Of a stretch of 64,000 nt of DNA, positions 26,528 to 38,864 are shown piece by piece. Source of the stretch: Catajapyx aquilonaris. Its lineage: Eukaryota. The notes beneath the pieces were generated by a model. The model had not been told where the DNA came from, searched no databases, and worked only from the letters and a program-made list of their open reading frames with translations. Positions within the stretch are counted from its first letter, which is position 1. Every line of letters starts with the position of its first letter. The stretch lies in assembly GCA_000934665.2 (NCBI GenBank), contig JYFJ02001099.1, positions 1-64,000 on the forward strand, in the 5' to 3' direction. The position numbers were made by a program, and so were the translations under genes.

Positions 26528-27314
26528 GAAGTTCGCACTTGCGCTTCACACGCATTGATTATAACGCGAAATTCACAAAGATTGAAGTTCAAGCGTCGAA
26601 GTATTATACACTTGTTACCTGAAAGTCGTAAAGTGCAATACTGATTTTTGTGGGTTCCAAGTAACGTCTCATTGTAACTCTCCAAAGTAATGCCAATAAT
26701 GGTGCAATTTGATCTGCTAATAATCGTAGAATTAAAGGGTATGTCTGCATTTATGTAATTTCTCATGTTGTGTTAATTGAGACGATGGATCGGTTTCCTT
26801 TCAACACAGTCGGCTGTGACCAATATATTTGGAATGTCTCTTGGAATTGTACCGATCCGTCGTAAGGCTGCGTACACCTGCATTACGTGCCTGCTTTATT
26901 ACGATATTTTTGTAACGCACTGTCAGGCTGTGAACAAGTAAAAAAAGGAGAAATAATCATGGACTTAATCATGTATTAAACTGTTCCTAAAGACCATTAA
27001 GTTTTATTAATGTCCTTTCTTAATCAGCTTTAATAATGAGTTCATTAATTAGTTTTAATAATCTATTAATTATAGTTGTAATAATTCGAGAGTAATAATC
27101 TACAAATTAATTAGTTGCAATAATTCGAGAGTACTAATCTACTAATTAATTGTAATAATGAGAGAATAATAATATTTACCAATTAGTAGTAATAATTAGA
27201 GAGTAATCATCTAGGCCTACAAATTAATTAGTGGCAATTATCTATTAATCAATTAACTGTTATAACATAATTATTAATTGATTATTTGTAAATAATCTAT
27301 TACAATGCTTTCAC

Positions 27315-28021
27315 TAGGGTTAAGGTTAGTCGGTTAACTTTAGGTGTAAGGTTTTTAGTCGTAAAGTTTAGGTCAAGGTTTAAGGTTAGTCGGTTAGTGA
27401 AGTTAAGATTTAAGGTTAGTCGTTAAAGTTTCGGGTTAAGGTTAGTCGGTTAGTAAAGTTTAAAGGTTAGTCGGTAAAGTTAAGGTTTAACGTTAGTTGG
27501 TAAAGTTAAGGTTTAAGGTTAGTCGGTAAAGTTTAGGGTTAAGGTTAGTCGGTTTAACTTTAGGTGTAAGGTTAGTCGTAAAGTTAAGGTTTAAGGTTAG
27601 TCGGTTAGCGAAGTTAAGATTGAATGTTAGTCGGTAAAGTTTCGGGTTAAGGTTAGTAAGTAAAGTTTAGGTTTAACGTTAGTTGGTAAAGTTAAGGTTT
27701 AAGGTTATTGGTTGGTAAAGTTAAGGTTGGTCGGTAAAGTTTAAGTTTAAGGTTAGTCGGTTAGTTAAGGTAAGATTAAAGGTTGGTCGGTAAAGTTTAG
27801 GGTTAAGGTTAGTCGGTTTAACTTTAGGTGTAAGGTTAGTCGTAAAGTTAAGGTTTAAGGTTAGTCGGTAAAGTTTCGGGTTAAGGTTAGGAAGTAAAGT
27901 TTAGGTTTAACGTTAGTTGGTAAAGTTAAGGTTTAAGGTTATTGGTTGGTAAAGTTAAGGTTGGTCGGTAAAGTTTAAGGTTAGTCGGTTAGTTAAGGTA
28001 AGATAAAAGGTTGGTCGGTAA
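27315..28021 (+). repeat. G/T-strand-biased degenerate satellite (taaggttagtcggtaaagtt)
   Basis: Many ggttag/taaggtt units with larger duplicated blocks. Confidence 0.9.
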
Positions 28022-28574
28022 ATATATGTGCTTATTAATTAGTTTTAATCTGTTTTATGAATTAGGTTTAACGCGCCTAATCTGGTTTACTAATTAGTTT
28101 TAATGTGCCGAATCTGTCTTATTAATTAGTTTCATTACTATAAAGAGGCTAATTAGGCAACGAGCTGCCTCGTTTTGTGGATTAATTTTTGTGGCGCCCA
28201 ATATTTTGAAATTGGGTGAAATTAGCTTCATCTGGCAACGATGGAGACCACGTGACTTGCGCAATCCAAGATGGCCGCCGAAGCACGTTGCGCGAAGGAC
28301 AACGCTTTGAAATAATTATTGTTCACATGTCGTCTCTTCTCTTCACTCGTACGTTCGAAGGTATGACTTTTAAAGTAGTTGAACAAAATATTGAGGTACA
28401 CAAAACAGGTGAAAACTGCAGTGCTTGAACAGCTGAGAGATAATAATTAGGTTTAAAAGCTTAGAAAGTGTCTTAATGTTGCTGATAATATGCATGGTTT
28501 GCACATTTTAAATTTTAGTGCTACATTAGGTGCGTAAAAACATTCTAAAATGCAATCTATCCGGCACAGGTACA

Positions 28575-30268
28575 ATGAAGAACAAGAAGCATAAGAACAC
28601 AGAAGAGCAGATGGGACGGACATTCTGGGACAACAACGGCCATACAACGGGGGTTGTTAGCGAGCACGACGAGCTCACACCGAGAAAGAAGGACAAGAAA
28701 GCTCACGAGACAGAAAAGGCTGATGACAGAAAAAAGCGTAACAAGTCGGAGGAGAGGAACGCAGAAGAGCCAGTGTGCGACTCGGGTCAGACGATGAAGT
28801 CTTTCACTGAAGATGAGCAGATTGGACAGACAAACCGGGACGATAATGGCTGGACGTCCACAGATTTCAATGAACCTGAGGTCACACCGAGAAAGAAACG
28901 CAAGAAAGACAAACACAAAATGTCTCCAGACACAAACGAACATAGTCCCGATAAAGACAATAACGATTCACTTGCGAGTAAGTCTCGCAAGAAAAAGAAG
29001 CTTCACGAAAGACAAAAGGATCACGACAGAAAAAAACTCTATTCTGATGGATCTAACACAGAAGAGCCAGTGTGCGACTTGGATCAGACGATGAAGTCCG
29101 AGCCTTTCAGTGAATATGAGCAGATGCGACGGACAAACTGGGACAGTAATGGCTGGGTGTCAACAGTTGTCAACGGGAATGACGTCACACCAAGAAAGAA
29201 ACGCAAGAAAGAAAAACACAAAATGTCTCCAGACACAAACGAACGTACAAGTCCCGATAAAGACAATAACGATTCACTTGCGAGTAAAAAACTGAAAAAG
29301 TCTCGCAAGAAAAAGAAGCTTCACGAAAGTGAACCACAAGAGGAGGAGCCTCACGAAAGCGAACAGGAAGAGTCGCAAGATGAACAACGACGGAAAAAGT
29401 CTCGCAGGAGAAAAAAACGCAAGAAGGTTCTACAGTCGGAAGAACACGTAATCAAGAGTGCGGCGGATTCCCAAGCGGAAGACTCCGATGATGGTGGCAA
29501 GGATTACCGATATCTTTGTGCCACATGCAACGAGCCATACAAATGGTTGTGTGGGCTCAAATTCCATCTGCAAGAAGAGGAGCACAGGGGCAGGCGGTAC
29601 GGATGCAAAATGTGCAACAAACATTACACAAGGATATCGTCATTGAGACGACACAGGGTGAGTTAGCATCCTGTATGTTCAACCTTGCAAGTAATTTAAT
29701 TATGGTACCATTTCAGATGAGTCATATGGAGGAGGAGAAGTTCAGATGCGGTGAGTGCGGCATGGGTTTTAATCAGAAGCATACCCTCTTTGCTCATCGT
29801 GTGTCGCACAGTACGATACCGCTATTTCGATGCAAGGGATGCGACAAGCAATTTAATACGTACGTTGATTACGGGATCCATCGGCGTCAAAATCACGGCT
29901 TGAAAGCGCTCCGCCAGTGCGATGAGTGCAGCAAGTACTACTCCAGTGCCAGCTCCCTGAACCGTCATATGAAAATCCACAGGAATGAGAGGAATTACGG
30001 CTGCACACATTGTGACAAAATGTTTCTGACCCGCTCCACAGCCGAGATTCACGAGAGAGTACACACGGGACAGAAGCTCTACTCATGTGAAAATTGCTGG
30101 AAACAGTTCCCTGACCATCGGAACTTGAGCCAGCACATGCTGACCCACACGGGTAAGAAGAATTACAAGTGCCCTGTGTGTAAGAAAAAAAAGTATAAGT
30201 CGTTACGTAGTTTGAACGCACATGTCGGCCGGAATCATTTGTCTGAAGTGAAGGAAGTGTGCGAGTAA
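28575..30268 (+). CDS. C2H2 zinc-finger protein A (Lys/Glu-rich N-terminus, ~8 fingers), intron 29658-29716
   Basis: CATC..H, CKMC...RHR|MSH split by a phase-0 intron, then six fingers with HTGQK/HTGKK linkers. Confidence 0.88.
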
Positions 30269-30820
30269 TAAGCGTTTGGGCAAATCCAAGTGCGATTCAG
30301 ATGTATATTATGAAGGAATTAATTTTACTTATGTGTATTTATCCAGATTCTTGTTGGGCTCATTGAAATGATCTCCTGCAATTATTTCAATAAAGTAAGG
30401 GACCAATATTTTGAAAGCAATGTGAAATTTATGTTCCATGTAAAGTAATTTAGGATTGATCTATGTTCTTCAAACTTTATTATTATAAAGTACATTACAT
30501 CTTGTACTGTGTTGTAAGCTATGAATATGAAAAATGAGATAGTGGCAACAATACAAGGAGTAATATTAATTATGCAGATCCATTGTAAAGCTGTGTACGA
30601 CTGAAACAATGTATATTTACTTCTATTAAACCGTTCCTAAAGATCTGATGTGTTATTTTTATTAATTATAGTTTTGTTAATATTAGTTCTATTAACTTGT
30701 GTTTCATTAATTGATTCTATTTATTAATATTAATATTAATCTGTGTTGTAACTCATAGAATTTGGCAGCCAGATCTTAATTTAAAATAATATTACAAGGC
30801 TATTTGTTGATTTTTTAAAA

Positions 30821-30870
<50 letters not shown>
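30821..30870 (+). repeat. (GAT)n microsatellite
   Basis: About 16 perfect units. Confidence 0.95.
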
Positions 30871-30871
<1 letters not shown>

Positions 30872-31379
30872 GTCCTTTTCCATCTTGATTTCCACATTTT
30901 AAAGTTCTCTACAATATTTAAATGGTAAGCTATTAGTTCTTGGCCATTAGCTATATTAGTTATCGCGTAACTGCTATGTGCAGTTGTGAGCCTGACGCGC
31001 TCTGAAGACAATTTATTTTAAAATAGAAAAGTTTAATAATTAGTACAGGAGCTCCCTTATTAAATTTAAAAATTGATTAATTTGGTGGAACACATTTTTT
31101 TTAATCAAAAGGTTTGTTTTAAATTTTCTTGCTTCGTCTGGCAAAGTTGGACTATTATAAATCCAAAATGGCCGCCGAAGAACGTTGAAAAATTTTATTC
31201 GCGAATTTTTTCTGTGAAAAACGACGCTTTTTAAATATAATTCACGTGTCGTCTCTTTAGGGTTGTACAGAGCACTGTACACGCATTTCGTAGGTATGGA
31301 GTCATAAGGAGTTTTAGTGGAAAAGTTGTGGCGGTGGCAAAACTGTTACAGTAGCTGTGCTTGGAACTGTTGGAACTAT

Positions 31380-31596
31380 AAAAGCCGGTACCGACGTAAG
31401 AGTTTTCTCTCATAAGAGGAGCCAACTGCGCATGCCCGGATACGAGGAAAGAGGAAAAGTTGAAAATTTTCAACTTTAATCCCCTTTTAGAGGGACAAGA
31501 GGGGCCCTGAGGCGACAAAGAGTCCGTCTCGACGTACAAGATTTCTCGCACAAGAGGACTCTTATGAGAGAAACTCTAACGTGGATACTGGCCTTT
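31380..31596. mobile_element. MITE inserted in the 5' intron of zinc-finger gene B
   Basis: aaagccggtaccgacgtaagagttttctctcataagag pairs with ctcttatgagagaaactctaacgtggatactggccttt. It is absent from the paralogous intron of copies C and E. Confidence 0.75.
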
Positions 31597-31759
31597 AGTT
31601 CTAAAAAAAAAAAAAAATTGGAAGTTGTGTTCTTTAGAATACATGATGTAGATCTTCGACAATTTAATTTATTAATTTAAAAAAAAATAATGACTACATT
31701 AGGGACTGGTGAACTACGATTGTCTCAAGTGCTACTTTATCCCATCCAGCGAAGGTACA

Positions 31760-33118
31760 ATGAAGAGCAAGAAATCAGCCGAACACAAGCACTACAAGCG
31801 TAAGAGATCTGACGGGGAAGAGCCGGTGTCCAACGAGAAGCAGAGGAGGAAGTCGGAGCAGGTTACTGATAAAGAGCAGACCGGACCGACTAACAGCGAG
31901 GCGGATGATGATCGCAGACTTGCGACAGAGGCTTTCAAAGATCAGGAGGAGGTCGCACCAAATAATAAACGCAAAAAAGCTCGCAGGAGAGAGTCTCACG
32001 AAAGAGAAAAATGCAAGGAGTCGAAAGAGAGAGGAAATCACAAATTGTCCTACGAAAGAGAAAAATGTAAAGGGTCTGAAGAGAGAGAAAATGACAAACA
32101 GTCTAAAGAGAGAGAGATTCACAAATTGTCTTACGAAAAAGAACGTAAAGAGTCTGAAGAGACAGAAAATGACAAAGAGTCTCGCGAAATAGAAAACCCC
32201 AAAAAGTCTGGAAAGAGAAAAAAACTCAAAAGGTCTTACGGAATAGAAAAGATTCAAGAGTCTGACGAGGCGAAAGAACAGAAGAACGATCGAGAAAGAG
32301 AAAAACAGAAACAATACGAAAGAGAAAAGCGCAAAGAGTCTGACAAGAGAAAAAGACCCGAGAAGGTTCAACAGAAGCCGACTGAAAAACCAAAGATCAA
32401 GATTGAAGTATGCGACCAAGCGGAATCACAAGAGAATTCCCTAGACAAGCCGTACGGTTGCGTAACGTGCTACAAGCAGTACACCAGGATGTCGTCATTG
32501 AAACGACATAAGGTGAGCTAGCAACCTGTCGTCAACCGTACACTTAATTACCTTATCGTACCATTTCAGATGAGTCATATGGAGGAGGAGAAGTTCAAAT
32601 GCGGTGAGTGCGACATGTGTTTCGATGAGAAGCATACACTCAATGCCCATCGTGTGTTGCACAGTACGAAACCGCTGTTTCGATGCGAGGAGTGCGACGA
32701 GGATTTTCAAACGTACGTTGATTATGCAACCCATCGGCGTCAAGACCACGGCTCGAAATCGCTCCGCCAGTGCGATGAGTGCGGCAAGTACTTCTCCAGG
32801 GTCAGCACCCTGAACCGACACATGAAAATCCACAGGGATGAAAAGGATTACGGCTGCGCACACTGTGAGAAAACATTTGTGACCCGCTCCGCAGCCGAGA
32901 TTCACGAGAGAGTACACTCGGGACAGAAGCTCTACTCTTGTGAAAATTGCGGGAAACGTTTCGCCATAATAGGTAATTTGAACAAGCACATGCTAATTCA
33001 CACCGGCGAGAAGAATTTCGAGTGCCCCGTGTGTAAGGAAAAGTTCAAGTTGTCACGCAGTTTGAAGGCGCATGTCGGACGGAAGCATTTGCCTGAGGCG
33101 AATGAAGAGTCCGAGTAA
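31760..33118 (+). CDS. C2H2 zinc-finger protein B, intron 32513-32569
   Basis: Charged K/E/R N-terminus, KPYGCVTC...RHK|MSH, then six fingers. Confidence 0.88.
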
Positions 33119-34905
33119 TTGTCTTTATTGGCATCCAAGTACGATTGCGATGTGATGTCGTTTAATTGATTTTGCACTTGTCGAGATTCTTTTGGGTTCG
33201 TTGAAACAATGGCTTGAAATTAGTTGGAGGGACCAATTTTGATATTTACGCTTGCTTTCTGATCATGAAACTTTTATTATTATAAACATTACATCTACCT
33301 GTACGTACCTTATTGCACTTTATGATTTCACAGCATGTTAACCAATTCGTGGCGTGATAAATTGTGCGATTATTCGCCGAAGTGAAGCTGCAGACGACTC
33401 TAATTGGGCTGTGAATAAAAGTGGCAGTGAACATGAATGGTCCGACTCATGTACTTAATAATTTTTTAATTATATTTAGAGGTTTATTTTGTTGCATGCT
33501 TATCGACCCGATTTGTTTCCTAAATTAACACGAGGATTTTTTTTTTGCGTGTGACCTTGTGCTAATATATTTTTCGCTTTTATTGATGTAATGCGAGTAA
33601 TTATTTTTTGAACAGAATCGAGTTTGAATTTGTGCGAGTGTTTACTGGCAAATCTAATTTGCCCCTTTTTTGCAATTATTCCATTGTAGCGCATGATATA
33701 TTGTGATTGTTTAGTCAATCTGCCTGACAAATTGGCAAATTCGGTATTCAGACAAATCGTTTAAAGAGAAACTGCAAAATCACGTCTGACAAGTCTTCCT
33801 GTGTACTCGCTGTCAGTACGATGCTTGGTTTAATGGTAAGCGTATGTTCAACAATGTTTTAAACAGCCAGGCAGTGTTTTATTCAGAGTAATTCATATAA
33901 CTAAATTTGCGGATTGAAAAATGTTGCCTAATAATTTGCCTTTTTGTCTGGGGATCCTTCTTTAACTCCACTTGTTCCGAAGAAAATGTCTAAATATCCA
34001 GTGTTTTTATGTAATGCAAACAGATGATTCTAATTACTGTTCTAATTGTCCTGCCCGTGAAATGTCGGACTTGCTCAAAGCACAACAATAAAGAGTTGAC
34101 GGAAAAATATTGTTAGACTTCTCATTGTCGCTTTAATTGTTATTTTGTGGATCTGTAATGATATCACATATTTTTCTAGTGGTGTTAAAAATTGCAAGCA
34201 TAATGTAATTACAAAGTAAGTGGATTTCCACATGTAATTTTCTCTACAATTAAAATGGTAAGCTATTAGTTCTTGGCCAGCAGCTATATTAGTTATCGCG
34301 CAACTGCTACGTGCAGAGCCTCATCACCATCTGAGGCTCATTTAAAAATAAAAGTTAATAATTAGGATCCTTTAATTTAGTGGAAATTTAATTTAATTTT
34401 TTTTTTTAAATTTAATTTGGTGGAAAATATTTTATGAAATGTTTGTGACTTTTGCTTCGTCTGGCAACGTTGGAAGATGATCACGTGATTTTTGATGAAT
34501 CCAAGATGGCCGCCGAAGAACGTTGAAATTATTTTATTCGCGAAATTTTTCTGTGCAAAAACGACGCTTTTTTCGCGCGGCGTCTCTTTTTTTCTTCGGG
34601 TTGTACAAAGCACTGTACACTGTGTTTCGAAGGTATGGAGTCGAGTGTTAGTTGAAAATGTATTGGCGATGCAAAACTGTACAAATAAAAGTACAAAATA
34701 AATGTTGTGCTTGAACCCGACTTGACCTGTTTGGAATACTATTTTAATTTATAAAAAATGTTAGAAGTTGTGTTCTTTGGTAGGATACATTATGTAGAGT
34801 TTGCACATTTTATTTATTAATTTTTTTAAAAAATATTGAGTACATTAGGGACTGGTGAACAATGATCGTCTCAAGTGCTACTTTCTTCCATACAGCGAAG
34901 GTACG

Positions 34906-35708
34906 ATGAAGAGCGAAAGAGAAAAACCTGAACAATGTGACAAGAGGAAAAGACCAGAGAAGGTTCAGCAGACTGAAATGCAGAAGCTGACTGAAACACA
35001 CACAATCGAGATTGAAGTGTCCGACCAAGTGGAATCCCTAGAGAATTCCCCAGCCAAGCCGTACTTTCCATGCTACAAGCAGTACGCCAGGATGTCGTCA
35101 TTGAAACGACATAAGGTGAGTTTAGCAACCTGTCGTTAACTTTACATGTGTTTAATTACCTTATTGTACCATTTCAGATGAGCCATATGGAGAAGTTCAA
35201 ATGGAGAGAGTGCGACATGAGTTTTAGTGAAAAGGAATCACTTGATGTGCATCGTGCGTCGCACAATACGAAACCACTATTTAGATGCAACAAGTGTGGC
35301 GAGGATTTTCTTACATACCTTGATCACACAATCCATCTTATCCGTCAAGACCACAGCATGAAATCGCTCCGCCAGTGCAATGAGTCCTGCAACTACAGGG
35401 TCAGCACCCTGAACGGGCACATGAAAATCCACAGGGATGAAAAGGATTACGCCTGCTCGTACTGTGAGAAAATGTTTAGGACCCGCTCCGAGGCCGATGT
35501 TCATGAGAGAGTACACATGGGACAGAAGCTCTATCCACGTGGAAATTGCAGGAAACAGTTGGCTCTGCAAAGCAACTTGAGCAGGCACAATGTAACTCAC
35601 ACTGGTAAGAAGAATTACAAGTGCCCCGTATGTAAGAAAAAGTTCAAGAAATCACGCAGTTTGACAGCGCATGTCGGCAGGAAGCATTTGCCTGGGGCGA
35701 AGGAATAG
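34906..35708 (+). pseudogene. Zinc-finger copy C: open frame but truncated and degenerate, intron 35116-35177
   Basis: Most of the charged domain is deleted. Several fingers have lost cysteines or spacing (KPYFPC, FKWREC, QCNESCNY, LYPRGNC). No premature stop was seen. Confidence 0.55.
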
Positions 35709-36085
35709 TCAGAGTAACTGACTTTATTTAATTGGCAACCAAGTACCATTGAGCTGTGATGTCAATTAATGAATTTTCCTCATTATCCAGAGAGTTTTGA
35801 TTAGAGTTGTAAAAAAGCTGGAAATTTTGAGTGACGGAAAGCTTCCCATCTCTAGTTTTGATGAACTACTATACATACTGAACGTATGAGCATTAAATAG
35901 GGTTTGATTTTTTTTAAAGCCTTCATTAGCAGATGTTTAGTTGTGTTCTTAGTTAGGTTACATGTAAGACTGGGCAATGTTAGAGCTTTCACATTTTATT
36001 TTTTCTAAATTAATGACTACATTAGGGAATGGTGCACAATGATTGTCTGAAGTGCTACCTTCTCCCATCCAGTGCAGGTACAAAG

Positions 36086-37260
36086 ATGAACAATAAATCA
36101 GCGTCGAACTTCGAACACAATCAGTACAAGCGTAAGAGATCTGACGCAGAAGAGCCAGTATGGGACGAGAAGCAGATGAGGAGGTTGGAGCAGGTTACTG
36201 AAGACCAGCAGACCGGATCGACTAACTGTGAGGATAATGATGGTCGCGGCCTTACGAAAGAGGCTTTCAGAGATCAGGAGGAGGTCGCACCAAATAAGAA
36301 ACGCAGAAAAGCTCACCTGAGAGAAAAACACAAAGAGTCTCACGAAAGAGAAAAACGTCAAGGAGAGAGAAAAAATCACAAAAGGTCTTACGAAATGGAA
36401 AAGATTCGAGAGTCTGATGAGAGAGAAGAACAGGAGAAAGATAGAGAAAGAGAAAAACGCAAAGAGTCTGCCAAGAGAAAAAGACCCGAGGAGGTCCAAC
36501 AGACTGAAATGCAGAAGCCAACTGAAACACAGATAATCAAGATTGAAGTGTCCGACCAAGCGGAATCCCTAGAGAATTCCATAGGCAAGCCATACTGTTG
36601 TACAACCTGCTCCAAGCAGTACAGCACGATGTCGTTATTGAAACGACACATGGTGAGTCAGCAACCTGTCATCACCCTTACAAGTATTTAATTACTTTAT
36701 CTTTATCATTTCAGAAAATTCATATGGAGGAGAATAAGTTCAAATGCAGGGAGTGCGACAGGAGTTTCAGAGAGAAGCGTTCCCTGTATGCGCATCGTGT
36801 GTCGCACAGTACGAAACCGCTATTTCGATGCGAGGACTGCGACGAAGATTTTATTACATACTCGTACTTTGATTACGCAATCCATCGCCGTAATGGCCAC
36901 TGCTCGAAATCACGCTACCAGTGCGATGTGTGTGGTAAGTACCTCAGCAGGATCGACAGCCTGAACCAACATATGAAAATTCACTGGAATGAAAAGGATC
37001 ATGGCTGCCCACACTGTGAGAAAATGTTTAGGACCCGCCAACAAGCCAAGGTTCATGAGAGAGTACACACGGGACAGAAGCCCTATGCATGTGAAAATTG
37101 CGGGAAACAGTACTCTCAGCAAAGCACCTTGAACAAGCACATGCTAATTCACACCGGCGAGAAGAATTTCGAGTGCCCCGTGTGTAAGGGAAAGTTCAAG
37201 TCGTCAATCAGTTTGACAGCGCATGTCGGCAGGGAGCATTTGCCTGGGGCGAAGGAATAG
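36086..37260 (+). CDS. C2H2 zinc-finger protein D, intron 36653-36714
   Basis: Charged N-terminus, KPYCCTTC...RHM|KIH, then six fingers with HTGQKPY/HTGEKNF linkers. Confidence 0.85.
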
Positions 37261-38864
37261 TCTGAGTAACTGTCTTTATTGGCATCCAAGTACGATTCCC
37301 CTGCGATGTCGGTTAACGGATTTGCCACATTTGTACTTGTCGAGATTCTTTCGGGTTCGTCGAAGCAATAATCCACATAAATATTCATCCAATGTGGCGT
37401 GATATTTACATTCCTATACATATATTTTTGTATATGACTTGGTGCGAGTCTATTTTTCGCTTGTATCGATTTCATGTGAGTAATTATTTTTGTACAGAAT
37501 CGAGGTTGAATTTGTACGAGTGTTTACTGGCAAATCTGATTTGCTCCTTTTTGCAATCCCATTGTAGCGCATGATATATTGTGATTGTTTAGTCTTCTGC
37601 CTGACAAATTGGCAAATTCAGTATTCAGACCAAAAAAAAACTGCAAAATCACATCCGACAAGTCTTCCTATACACAGTACGATGGTTGCTTGTATGTTGT
37701 ACGCACACGTTCATTTATTTTGACCACTTCATAACTAAATTACATGGTCTTGCCTAATTTGCCTTTTTTCTTTTGGTCGGGAAATCCTATTTGTTTTTGT
37801 TGTTCTGATGAAAATGTCTATTGATTTGATGATTCTAGAATCTACATGGATTCTAATTGTTTACGACCGTGATTTGTCAGACATGCTCAAAGCAAAGTAA
37901 TAAAAGAGTTACCAAAATATTGTTGACTTCTCACTGTCGTTTTAATTGTTATTTTGTGGATCACTAATATCATCTACTCTCATTGTGGTGTTAAAAATTA
38001 CAGGTATAATTACAGCTGCATTGTTACAATTACAAGCATAATTACAGCTGCATTGTTACAAATTACAGGTATAATTACAGCTGCATTGTTACAATTACAG
38101 GTATAATAAATAAAGAGTTGCCGAAGTATTGTTAGACTTCTCATTGTCGCTTTAATTGTCATTTTGTGGATCTGCAATGATATCACATACTTTCCTAGTG
38201 GTGTTTAAAATTGCAAGCGCAATGTAATTACCAAAGTAAGTGCATTTTCACAATTTAAAGTTCTCTACAATTATTATTAAAATGGTACGCTATTAGTTCT
38301 TGGCCATTAGCTATATTAGTTATCACGTAACTGTTACGTGCTGAGGGTAATTATTTTTAAATCTGAAAAGTTAGTAATTAGGACACGAACTCCCTTAAAT
38401 ATTATTAAAATGATTAATTTGGTGGAAAAATATTTTATAAAATGTTTGTGACTTTCGCTTCGTCTGGCAACGTTGGAAGGAACATGATCACGTGACTTTG
38501 ATGAATCCAAGATGGCCGCCGAGGAACGTTGCAAAATTTAAATTATTTTCGCGAATTTTCTGTGCCGCAAAAAAAAAAAATGAATCTCTTCACTTGTCGT
38601 CTCTTCTTCTTCTTCGGGTTGGTGTACACCAGTACTGTGCACGTACTTCGAAGGTATGAATAATTTAAAGCATTAAAAAAGAGTGTTAGTTGAAAAGTAT
38701 TGCGGGACAAAACTGTACAAGGAAAAGTACTTGTGCTTGAACTGTTTGAACTGTTAAAAAGGTTAGAAGTTGTGCTTCTTCGTTAGGATACGTGATGTAA
38801 GACCTTGCACATTTTTATTTATTAATTTTTTTACAGGGATTTAATTACCTTCATATCATTTCAG

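Noticed and set aside
27315..28021. True telomere
   Set aside because: The tract is interstitial, degenerate and flanked by genes on both sides.
31775..32419. Long Phe/Leu-rich antisense ORFs (also 36098-36559 and 38961-39647) resembling membrane proteins
   Set aside because: They are the reverse-strand shadow of A/G-rich Lys/Glu codons in the zinc-finger genes.
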